The notes beneath the pieces are model-generated. The model saw only the letters and a list, made by a program, of their open reading frames with translations. It was not told the origin of the DNA and did no database searches. From Trueperaceae bacterium (GTDB taxonomy: Bacteria > Deinococcota > Deinococci > Deinococcales > Trueperaceae), in NCBI GenBank assembly GCA_965213925.1, contig OZ243927.1, forward strand, positions 640,001-704,000: 64,000 bases of DNA, given 5' to 3'. Positions 30,368-41,556 of the stretch are shown here, in pieces. Numbering within the stretch: the first letter of the stretch is position 1; each line of letters begins with the position of its first letter. The translations under genes and the position numbers were made by a program.

Positions 30368-31176
30368 GCGGCACGGTAAGCGATGTTGCCATCTCTAGAG
30401 ATAACGTTAAGTCCTCGAGGCTCGAGCCCAAAACAACCAAGACGGGCGGCGCGGACAACGTCATCGAGGCGAAGGACCTGCGCAAAATTTACACGCTCGA
30501 GGGCGGCTTAGAGGTCCACGCCCTACGCGGCTTAGACCTCACCATTCCGAGAGGTCAGTACGCCGCCGTCATGGGACCGTCGGGCTCGGGCAAGTCCACA
30601 CTCTTGCAGATTTTAGGCTGTTTGGATACGCCCTCGAGCGGCTCGTACCGCCTCGCGAACCAAGAGGTCTCGGATTTGTCCGAAGACGAACTCTCGACGA
30701 TTCGCAATAGGCGCATCGGCTTCATTTTTCAGGCATACAACCTCTTGCCCCGTGCGAACGCCTTACAAAACGTCGCGCTGCCGCTCATGTATAGGGGCAC
30801 CTCCGCCAGCCAGCGCACCCTAGCCGCCAGACAAGCCCTCAGCCGCGTCGGTCTCGGCGACCGCTTGGACCACCGCCCGAACCAGCTCTCCGGCGGACAG
30901 AAGCAGCGCGTCGCCATCGCCCGCGCGTTAGCCACCGACCCCGACATCCTCTTAGCGGACGAGCCCACCGGCAACTTAGACAGCAAAACGGGCGAGGAAA
31001 TCTTAGGACTCTTCAGCGAACTCCACGCCGAAGGGCGCACCGTCGTGATGGTCACGCACGAACAAGAGGTGGCGGAACACTGCGAGGTCATCGTGCGAAT
31101 TTTGGACGGCAAAGTGGAGCGCGTGGAAAGGGTGGAGAACCGCCGCCACGCGGTCTTTACAGGGGAGATTCCGTGA
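30364..31176 (+). CDS. MacB/LolD-like ABC ATP-binding protein
   Basis: [32 protein letters not shown]. Confidence 0.93.
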   Translation: MSGTVSDVAISRDNVKSSRLEPKTTKTGGADNVIEAKDLRKIYTLEGGLEVHALRGLDLTIPRGQYAAVMGPSGSGKSTLLQILGCLDTPSSGSYRLANQEVSDLSEDELSTIRNRRIGFIFQAYNLLPRANALQNVALPLMYRGTSASQRTLAARQALSRVGLGDRLDHRPNQLSGGQKQRVAIARALATDPDILLADEPTGNLDSKTGEEILGLFSELHAEGRTVVMVTHEQEVAEHCEVIVRILDGKVERVERVENRRHAVFTGEIP

Positions 31177-31249
31177 TAGCGCGTCGAATCTCAAGAGGTG
31201 TTACAAGAAGGCTGTTAGATGCGAATCGTCTGAGCCAGCCAAGTTACCG

Positions 31250-31352
31250 TGTCACCCCGAACGGATGTGAGGGGTCTCGTCCCACAATCTCAATCAGAGA
31301 AGAAAGCGAATGCAGAGATTCTTCGCTGCACTTCGTTCCGCTCAGAATGACA
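31250..31352. repeat. REP-like element family 1, copy D
   Basis: TGTCACCCCGAAC...GATTCTTCGCTG...CTCAGAATGACA between the ATPase and permease genes. Confidence 0.7.
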
Positions 31353-31375
31353 AATTCGTGTAAGGGTGAGCGTTA

Positions 31376-32572
31376 ATGCTCCTAGAAAACATCCGCACCG
31401 CCTTCGAAGCCCTCCAAGGCAACCGCCTCCGCTCGGTCTTGACGCTTTTAGGCGTCGTCATCGGCGTCTTCGCCGTCACCACGACGATCAGCATGGGCGC
31501 GATTGCGACGGCAGGTATTACGAATGAGTTGCAGAGCTTCGGGGCGCAGTCGCTCTTTGTCGTAGTGGAGCAGGACAACCCGCAGGCAGAACCCCTTACG
31601 GATGACGATATCGAAGCGTTGTCGAGGCTGCCCATCGACATCTTGCAGACGCAGGGCGTCTTCGGCGTCGGGCGCTACGGGGATGAGGAGACCTCCCTAA
31701 CGGTCAACGGCACGACGCCTAACGCCGTAGAGGTGGACCGCAGCTTAGAACTCGCTCGCGGACGCTACTTCAGCGCCACCGAAGCGAGACGCGCCGCGCC
31801 CGTCATCGTCCTCTCGGCGGACGCAGGCGAGGCGTTTTTCGAGAACGGCGTGGACCCCATCGGCAAAGAGATCAGCGTCACGGTGGACGGCTCGCGCAGC
31901 TTTTACACGGTTATCGGGATCAAGGAGCGCATTAGCGGGACCTTGGGCAGTTTCGCGAACGACACGAGCGGCGATATTCCTTTAGAGACGCTGTACGTCA
32001 ACTACCCCTCAGTCGAGCGCGGCGAGTACGAGTTCTTGCCCATCACGATTTCGTTAGACCGCAACGCCGACGACATCGAGCAGCAAGTTCGCTCTATCTT
32101 GGACCGGCGGCGGGACGCGGACACCTACAGCATTCAGACCATCGAGGGGGCGCTAGGGCTGTTCAACACCATCACCGTAATTCTGCAAGCCGTTTTAGGC
32201 GGCATCGGCGCGGTGAGCCTCTTGGTAGGCGGCATCGGTATCCTGAACATCATGCTCGTCTCGGTGACGGAACGCACCCGCGAAATCGGGTTGCGCAAAG
32301 CGCTAGGCGCGAAGAAGAACACCATTTTGCAGCAGTTTTTGATTGAAGCCATCGTTTTGACCGTCGTAGGTGGCGTGATCGGGCTCGTACTGGCGGTGGG
32401 GAGTCTTTACCTCATCGTCGCGCTCGTGCCTTTTTTGGAAGAGGTTGTGATCAGCCCCTGGACTATCATCCTCGCCTTTCTGGTGAGCGTGGCAACGGGC
32501 GTCATTTTCGGCGTGTGGCCCGCGAACCGCGCGGCGAACTTGAGTCCGATTGAGGCGCTTAGGTATGAGTGA
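31376..32572 (+). CDS. MacB/FtsX-type ABC permease
   Basis: NRLRSVLTLLGVVIG, VTERTREIGLRKALGA, PIEALRYE. Confidence 0.93.
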   Translation: MLLENIRTAFEALQGNRLRSVLTLLGVVIGVFAVTTTISMGAIATAGITNELQSFGAQSLFVVVEQDNPQAEPLTDDDIEALSRLPIDILQTQGVFGVGRYGDEETSLTVNGTTPNAVEVDRSLELARGRYFSATEARRAAPVIVLSADAGEAFFENGVDPIGKEISVTVDGSRSFYTVIGIKERISGTLGSFANDTSGDIPLETLYVNYPSVERGEYEFLPITISLDRNADDIEQQVRSILDRRRDADTYSIQTIEGALGLFNTITVILQAVLGGIGAVSLLVGGIGILNIMLVSVTERTREIGLRKALGAKKNTILQQFLIEAIVLTVVGGVIGLVLAVGSLYLIVALVPFLEEVVISPWTIILAFLVSVATGVIFGVWPANRAANLSPIEALRYE

Positions 32573-32587
32573 GGCGGCGCGGACGGC

Positions 32588-32615
32588 GTAGGGGCAATTC
32601 ATGAATTGCCCCTAC
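32588..32615. repeat. GTAG-type REP palindrome
   Basis: Identical to 25446-25473. Confidence 0.85.
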
Positions 32616-32716
32616 AGAGCGCTACCATACCCCTCGAGCCCGCGCGGTAAAAACTGTCTTTTTCTCGAGCCTGAGCGCAGGTTAAGCTAACGTTTATGTG
32701 GGAGGGCAGTTTAGCT

Positions 32717-32875
32717 ATGTCAACAAGCATCTATCTAGTCGGTTACTTCATCCTCGTCGTCGGCTTGGCGCTCGGCGCGAATCTGCTCGGTGTGCCGACC
32801 TCTTGGATTATCGTCGGGGTCATCATCATGGTGGGCATTGGCATCATGAGCGTTGCTAACCGTTTGCGGAGCTGA
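32717..32875 (+). CDS. small two-TM membrane protein (52 aa; absent from ORF track)
   Basis: Manual translation MSTSIYLVGYFILVVGLALGANLLGVPTSWIIVGVIIMVGIGIMSVANRLRS; GGAGG upstream. Confidence 0.7.
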   Translation: MSTSIYLVGYFILVVGLALGANLLGVPTSWIIVGVIIMVGIGIMSVANRLRS

Positions 32876-32951
32876 GGTCAAGTTTAGGTTTGACACGCTT
32901 CCGGGGTTGTGTCTGCTACATTAGCAGAGACTCAAACTTTGGAGGTTAGAG

Positions 32952-33434
32952 ATGAAATATCTGTTTATTCTTGCCGCGCTGCTTTTCCCTTTCGTATTCG
33001 CGCAAACGGGCGGCGAAGCGACGGGCGGCGGGGCGAGCAGTGTTGACGGGCTCGTCACCGTACAGAGCGCCTACAGCGTCGAGGAGACGCTCGCCAACTT
33101 AGAGACTGCCTTAGAAGAGAACGGGCTTATCACGGTGGCGGTGGTGGACCACAGTGCGAACGCCCAGAACGCGGGGCTCGAGCTGCCCCCCACCCGCTTG
33201 GTCATCTTCGGCAATCCGAACGTCGGCACGCCTTTGATGCAGTCGGCTCGCACCGTCGCGATTGACTTGCCGCAAAAGATGCTCATCTACGAGGACGAAG
33301 CGGGCGACGTATACGCCGCTTACAACGATCCGCAGTATCTAGCGGAAAGACACGGTTTAGCGGATATGGACGAGCAGTTGACGACGGTCTCGAACGCGCT
33401 CAGCAACCTCGCAAATGTGGCAACTGGGCAGTAA
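32952..33434 (+). CDS. DUF302 domain secreted protein
   Basis: VDHSANA, FGNPNVGTPLMQ, AIDLPQK. Confidence 0.88.
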   Translation: MKYLFILAALLFPFVFAQTGGEATGGGASSVDGLVTVQSAYSVEETLANLETALEENGLITVAVVDHSANAQNAGLELPPTRLVIFGNPNVGTPLMQSARTVAIDLPQKMLIYEDEAGDVYAAYNDPQYLAERHGLADMDEQLTTVSNALSNLANVATGQ

Positions 33435-33444
33435 ATGATGTTAT

Positions 33445-33485
33445 AAGGTGCACGACTTTGCTCGTAAAACGAAGTCGTGCACCTT
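33445..33485. terminator. hairpin between convergent DUF302 gene and pyk
   Basis: AAGGTGCACGACTT...AAGTCGTGCACCTT. Confidence 0.65.
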
Positions 33486-33508
33486 GTGATAATAAGCTCA
33501 AGGAACGA

Positions 33509-33548
33509 AGTTCTGCGACCGTTCGTCCAGCTTGACTGGAAGCAACGC
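33509..33548. repeat. intergenic repeat family 2, inverted minimal copy
   Basis: Reverse complement equals 23102-23165 without a 24-nt insert. Confidence 0.75.
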
Positions 33549-33565
33549 GCTAGGCGGGGGCGGGC

Positions 33566-36309
<2,744 letters not shown>

Positions 36310-36428
36310 TCATGTTGATGTAAGCCCCTAAAGAGCTTCTTTACCCTCTTATATACCTCATTTTTCAGGGGAATACCTGGAGGCGTTGCGAAGTTTAGCT
36401 TTAGCACTCGATTGGTGACGCGATGAAG

Positions 36429-36914
36429 TCACCGTTTAGCAAGGAACTTCTCAGCCAAAATTTTGATTACTCCGTAACCGTAAGTGGAAAATACGGGAAG
36501 CTCCTGAACCTGCTGCTGATTCGCCTTTTCGTGTAGCTGAGTAAAACCTCTCTGTAAATATCGCGTTCTACCTGCGCTTGTAGTCAAGAAAAGCCACGGT
36601 TCAATTCCGTCTTCTTCTAACGCTCTAAATCCTAGTATCTCGCCCTGATTTTCGCGAATTGTTTTGATATGAACTGCACCTTGCTTTAGCGTTTTTCTTC
36701 TGGCTATACTCTCTGAGGTGGGCGGTTTACAATCTATCCAGTCCATCAGCCCAGCAAGATAGATACCCGTATCTATCTTGCCACTCTCTAAGTGCTTTAG
36801 CTGGATTACGCGACCACAAGCAAAGTTGCCATTATCAAGGGGTATTGACCAAAAATGACCTGGCTTCAAGTATGCAGTTGATTTCGGAATAAACGGATAG
36901 CTTATCTTCGTCAT
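36429..36914 (-). CDS. Imm26-like immunity-family protein
   Basis: PGHFWSIPLDNGNFACGRVI resembles the Imm26 G..F.IPL..G.Y..GRV motif; AT-rich. Confidence 0.55.
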   Translation of the reverse strand: MTKISYPFIPKSTAYLKPGHFWSIPLDNGNFACGRVIQLKHLESGKIDTGIYLAGLMDWIDCKPPTSESIARRKTLKQGAVHIKTIRENQGEILGFRALEEDGIEPWLFLTTSAGRTRYLQRGFTQLHEKANQQQVQELPVFSTYGYGVIKILAEKFLAKR

Positions 36915-36926
36915 GGTTATGTGTCG

Positions 36927-37226
36927 CTACTCCGATGAAAAATAGCTTTCCAAATCCATCCCGCCATAGAGCACATTAAAGATGTCCACACCTCCAGCCC
37001 GTTTGCGGTAGATAATCATGTAACGCTTGTAGGGCAGCGCAAGTGTGTCCGCAGGGAGATAACTGCGAGGCAAGCCGAGACCGGGAAAATCAGCTAACCT
37101 TTGAAAGAGACGGAACAAGTTATCAAAAAGCTGTGTCACATTGTCTTCTGTGCCGCCTCGCTCCAAATAACCGTCCCATAATTTGGCGAGGTCAGCGGCG
37201 GCAGGGTCGGTAATGAAGAAGTCCAT
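36927..37226 (-). CDS. RelE/ParE-family toxin
   Basis: A.ADL, LADFPGLGLPR, YMIIYR, IFNVLYGGMD. Confidence 0.8.
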   Translation of the reverse strand: MDFFITDPAAADLAKLWDGYLERGGTEDNVTQLFDNLFRLFQRLADFPGLGLPRSYLPADTLALPYKRYMIIYRKRAGGVDIFNVLYGGMDLESYFSSE

Positions 37227-37510
37227 CAGCGCGTTTTGCGTTCACGCTCAGCCCGTAACTCCCTCCCACGTTTAATGACCTTTTGCTTGAACGCCTCAGC
37301 TTCTTCAGGTGTGCTAATTAGCGTGCCGCGTCCAGCGTCAGCCGCGTCAATACCCTCTTGCACTCTGGCACAAATCTCGGCGGTGCGTTCTTGATACCGT
37401 TGCCATAAATTCAATGCGTGAGCCAATACTTCACTTTCGTCTGAGTATTCTCCCGTCTCGAGCTGCTCGTCCACGAAGCGCCGCTGCTCAGGGGTAAGTT
37501 CTATCGTCAT
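37226..37510 (-). CDS. ParD-like ribbon-helix-helix antitoxin
   Basis: MTIELTPEQRRFVDEQLETGEYSDESEVL...QEGID; overlaps the toxin start. Confidence 0.82.
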   Translation of the reverse strand: MTIELTPEQRRFVDEQLETGEYSDESEVLAHALNLWQRYQERTAEICARVQEGIDAADAGRGTLISTPEEAEAFKQKVIKRGRELRAERERKTR

Positions 37511-37553
37511 AGTTTAAGGATAGGCGTTTTTTGAAGAGGTTGCAACGAGATGC

Positions 37554-37898
37554 TCAGCTTTGTGGTTCCAAATGCGTAAGTTCCGTCCAATTTAGCGGAA
37601 CAGTGGACACCATAAACGCCTCTTCCGTCTCGGTGAAAAGCGGATTGAGTTCTGCGCGTCTATATTCTTGCGCCTTCACTGAGTCAGGGTCAGCGCGAAC
37701 GTTGGCTTGAATCGCCTCGTACTGCTCGAGGTCATCATACGCCCACAACGCCACAATTCGTTTGCCGTCCTCAGCCTGCCACCTGCCGACTAAACGAGCG
37801 CCATACCGTTTCTGAACAGGCAGCAGTTCACTAAAGAAGGCGTTGAAAACGTCTATCTTACCCGGTGCTACTTTGTATTGCCGCAGTCTGAACATCAT
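37554..37898 (-). CDS. NIPSNAP family protein
   Basis: LRQYKVAPGK, YGARLVGRW, LWAYDD. Confidence 0.8.
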   Translation of the reverse strand: MMFRLRQYKVAPGKIDVFNAFFSELLPVQKRYGARLVGRWQAEDGKRIVALWAYDDLEQYEAIQANVRADPDSVKAQEYRRAELNPLFTETEEAFMVSTVPLNWTELTHLEPQS

Positions 37899-37909
37899 GA
37901 AATGTCCAC

Positions 37910-38998
37910 CTAGCCGGTACGAAGCGGCACCACCATCGCCAAATAACTCGTATCTTTAAGGCTCGCCAGCACACTCGGGCTCGTCGGACCGGAAAACGAA
38001 AAGCGCACGTCTCCCTCTACAGGTCTTAGCGCACTCGCCAAGTAATCCGCGTTGTAGGCAAGCGCAATCTCCGACTCGGTCCCCTCTTGCGAGACCTCTA
38101 GCGCCTCCTGAGAGCGCCCGTACGCCCCCTCCGCAGTAATCTGTAGACTTCCGTCCTTGATAAAGAGGTCTACGCGGTTGTTCGCCGTTTTGTCCGCCAT
38201 GACCGCCACGCGCGAAACCGTTTCTAAGAGCCTAGAAGCATCCAGCAATATGCTCACCGGAAATTGCGAGGGAATGACGCGCTCGTAGTCGGGGAACGTC
38301 CCTTCCATCAGTTTGATGTTGAGCTTAAAGGGACCGCTTTGCACCGAGAGTTGAGAGTCGGCAAGCTCGAGCTTCGCCTCCCCGCCCCCTAAAAGCCTAC
38401 TGAGTTCGTCCACGCTCCGCGCCGGGATGACGATGTCGCCATCGAGCCCGCTCGCGTTTTCCATATGGTAATACGCCAAGCGAAACCCATCCGTCGCCAC
38501 CGCCCGCGTCTTCTTATCGTTGAATTCGACCTTGACCCCGCGAAAAATCGCCTGATACTCTGCCACCGCCGCCGCATACCTCACGTGATTGAGTGCGTCC
38601 GCGAGTTGTGAGCCGTCGAAACGCCCGGCGTACCCCTCTGGGAACGTGACCTCTGGAACCGTCGCGGCGTCCGCGAGTTGCAGTTTCGTGGCGTAGCTGC
38701 CGGAGCTTATCTCGAGTTCCTTATCGTCAAACGCGAGTTCGACCAGCTCACCCGGAAGAGAGCGCACCACCTGTCCAAAGACATGCGCAGGCAGCGCGGC
38801 GTGTCCACCCCCCGACACGTCAGCTTGCACGGTTGCTTGGATGTCGATATCCATATTGCTGCCGCTAAAGGTGATCCCCTTCTCCCCCATCGTCATGCTG
38901 ATGAGGCTCAAACCCGGATTGCTGCTGCGACTAGGAATGATGCGCTCGATGTTGCCGAGCACCTCGGCGAGTTGTTTGCGCGGAACCTGTACGTTCAT
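37910..38998 (-). CDS. dnaN: DNA polymerase III beta clamp
   Basis: AVATDGFRLA, GTFPDYERVIP; likely leaderless ATG at 38998 (TATGCT 7 nt upstream). Confidence 0.97.
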   Translation of the reverse strand: MNVQVPRKQLAEVLGNIERIIPSRSSNPGLSLISMTMGEKGITFSGSNMDIDIQATVQADVSGGGHAALPAHVFGQVVRSLPGELVELAFDDKELEISSGSYATKLQLADAATVPEVTFPEGYAGRFDGSQLADALNHVRYAAAVAEYQAIFRGVKVEFNDKKTRAVATDGFRLAYYHMENASGLDGDIVIPARSVDELSRLLGGGEAKLELADSQLSVQSGPFKLNIKLMEGTFPDYERVIPSQFPVSILLDASRLLETVSRVAVMADKTANNRVDLFIKDGSLQITAEGAYGRSQEALEVSQEGTESEIALAYNADYLASALRPVEGDVRFSFSGPTSPSVLASLKDTSYLAMVVPLRTG

Positions 38999-39327
38999 AG
39001 AGGTGAGCATACCGAAAATTGGCGTAGGGAAAAAGCGGCTCGAGAGGAAACTAGGGAGAACGTGAAGCGGAAGAGGTTTTAAGAGGTGTAAGAAGTAGAG
39101 AGGTCAATTTGGAAAGCGAGATTTTTCTCAGTGCTCTCAAGGCTGACAAGTTAGCTTTTTAGAGAAGAGGTTGGAGCGTCTTTCAAAAAGTCTTTTGGTT
39201 TTGAAAGTTCCTTGAAGTTGACCTCTTGGTTGCTCTCTTTTCAACTCCTCTTTTTTCGTTGGATCATGAGAACGCACGTTTTCCCTAAGACTTTACGGTT
39301 GACGAAACGAAAATTTTTCAAAGGTTC

Positions 39328-39545
39328 TAATACTCTATAGTAGGGCCTGTGGATAGTGTGGATAACTATGCTTTGTCCCGTCCAGGACGACAAAGTGCCT
39401 GTGGATAATTTTGTGGATAACTCGCCTTTGCCTGTGGATAACTACCCGAGTTATCCACAGCTATCCACAGGCTGTGAAAAACCCCTAGTTATCCACAGTT
39501 TATCAACAGGATATCCACAGCTTATCCACAGAGTTTTCCACAGGT
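39328..39545. other. oriC: replication origin oriC (DnaA-box cluster)
   Basis: Perfect TTATCCACA/TGTGGATAA at 39357, 39400, 39412, 39433, 39451, 39489, 39522; one-mismatch boxes at 39348, 39461, 39500, 39511, 39534; lies between dnaA and dnaN. Confidence 0.95.
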
Positions 39546-39938
39546 GTATGTGAGTAATCTATTTGTTTTATGATAGATACACGCGCAAATTTAATGAAAT
39601 TTTAGTGTGTTACTGAAGATTTCAGTACTACTTCAAGTGCATAAATTCTGATTTTTAGAAGATAAACTTGGAAGAGCCACCAAGAAGTATTTGCTTAGCG
39701 ATCCTCTCGAGTTCTGAAAGTTGAAGGGTGTACTAAGAGAACCTCTTCAGTCCTACGATGACCTCTTTTTAACCTCTTGTTTTTTGGTTTCCTCGGTTGG
39801 GATTAAATAGACTCGAGCTGTTTGGCAATAGATTTACTGAGCTTAGCGTTATAAATAAGCTATGATCTCTCAGCAAGGGGTTGATCAACTTCTTCTATAG
39901 CAAGGATGTCCTCGAGAACATCACCGACCAAGTTGTAT

Positions 39939-41291
39939 TCAGAGAAGATCAGCCTTAATCGCCAAAATCCGCTCTTCGAGTTCCCTATCCTTCGCCATCT
40001 GCTCCGTCACCTTCTGCACCGCATACATCACCGTCGAGTGGTCGCGCCCAGTGAAAAACTGTCCGATTTCCGGGTACGAGTGCGGCGTGAACTCGCGGAT
40101 GAGGTACATGGCAACTTGACGCGGCACGACGAGTTCGTGGCGTCTCCCCTTCGAGCGCAAGTCGCTTGCTTCGACTTCGAAGTGATGCGCTGCCGCCTTA
40201 ACGATTTCGTCCATCGTAAGGTTGAGTTCGCTCGGCGCGAACACGTCAGAGAGAGCACTCACAGCGGTCTGGCGGCTCAGCTCGGTCTGGTTCATGCTGG
40301 CGAAAACGATAACGCGCACCAACGCGCCTTCAAGCTCCCGAATGTTCGAGGTCACTTGCCGCGCGATATAGTCGATGACGTCGGGTGGAATCTTGACGCC
40401 GCGATATTCAGCGTTCATCTTGAGGATGGCGATGCGGGTCTCTAACTCCGGCGCTTGAATGTCGGTAATGAGCCCCCATTCGAAGCGGCTGCGCAGGCGG
40501 TTCTCGAGGGTGGGAATATCTTTCGGCGGTCTATCGGATGAGAGGATAATTTGCTTACCCGACTCGTAGAGCGCATTAAAAGTGTGGAAAAATTCCTCTT
40601 GCGTGCGCTCTTTCCCGGCGATGAACTGCACGTCGTCCACCAATAAGAGGTCGATGCTGCGGTAGCGGTCCCGAAACGCGGTCATTTTGTCTTCGCGAAT
40701 CGCGTTGATGAGGTCATTGGTGAAGGCTTCGGTGGTGACGTATTCGACGTGGAGCTTGGCGAAGCGGTCTGCCACCGCGTGACCGACAGCGTGCATGAGG
40801 TGCGTTTTGCCCAAACCGGAGTCGCCATAAACGAAGAGCGGGTTATAGGCGCGTCCGGGCGCTTCGGCGACGGCGATAGCGGCGGCGTGCGAGAGGTTGT
40901 TGTTCGGGCCGACGACGAAGTTGGCGAAGTTGTATTTCGGGTTGAGCCTCGGCTTATTAACGGTTGGCGCGGCATCTTCCGAAGTAGGAGGCGCGGAGTT
41001 GAACATATCTTGCTGCTCAGAAGGCTTCGCGGCGATAACTTGGAAGCCCACACGAGGACTCGGCGCACCAAAGTGTCTAAGCGCCTCTTCGATCACGCCG
41101 CTGTAGTGATTTTTAAGCCAATCTTTTGCAAAGGAGTGCGGGACACCCAGCATGAAGGTCCCGTTCTCGATGCCGAGCGGCTGCACCTGCGTAAACCAGG
41201 TCCGAAACTCGACCTCGGGGATTCTCTGCTTGACGAACTCTAAAATATCGTCCCAGATGGGATCACTTCGTGATGTTGTGGGTGCTTTCAT
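39939..41291 (-). CDS. dnaA: chromosomal replication initiator DnaA
   Basis: [35 protein letters not shown]. Confidence 0.98.
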   Translation of the reverse strand: MKAPTTSRSDPIWDDILEFVKQRIPEVEFRTWFTQVQPLGIENGTFMLGVPHSFAKDWLKNHYSGVIEEALRHFGAPSPRVGFQVIAAKPSEQQDMFNSAPPTSEDAAPTVNKPRLNPKYNFANFVVGPNNNLSHAAAIAVAEAPGRAYNPLFVYGDSGLGKTHLMHAVGHAVADRFAKLHVEYVTTEAFTNDLINAIREDKMTAFRDRYRSIDLLLVDDVQFIAGKERTQEEFFHTFNALYESGKQIILSSDRPPKDIPTLENRLRSRFEWGLITDIQAPELETRIAILKMNAEYRGVKIPPDVIDYIARQVTSNIRELEGALVRVIVFASMNQTELSRQTAVSALSDVFAPSELNLTMDEIVKAAAHHFEVEASDLRSKGRRHELVVPRQVAMYLIREFTPHSYPEIGQFFTGRDHSTVMYAVQKVTEQMAKDRELEERILAIKADLL

Positions 41292-41556
41292 CCCTACCTG
41301 ACCTCTATTCGCTCGCCACTTGTCTTTAATTCTCGGTTACCATTGCTGAAAGTATAGAGAGCTAGTTTAACAGATTTGCGGTGAGTAGCGGCTGACAGCA
41401 AAATGTAATATGTATTACAAAAAAGAAGAGGACTGAGCGGCTCGAGCCTGCTACGCTCTCTACCAAGAAGTATGCTAAAGTAATGTCTTACTCGAGGTTT
41501 AGCTGCAATTTGCGAGAACCTCCTAGATGGAATAATAGACCTAACCTAACGGAGAA

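Noticed and set aside
36420..37905. Integron cassette array or prophage
   Set aside because: No integrase, attC-like repeats or phage genes were seen.
39356..39553. 65-aa ORF with VDN/YPQ repeats
   Set aside because: Artefact of translating the DnaA-box array.
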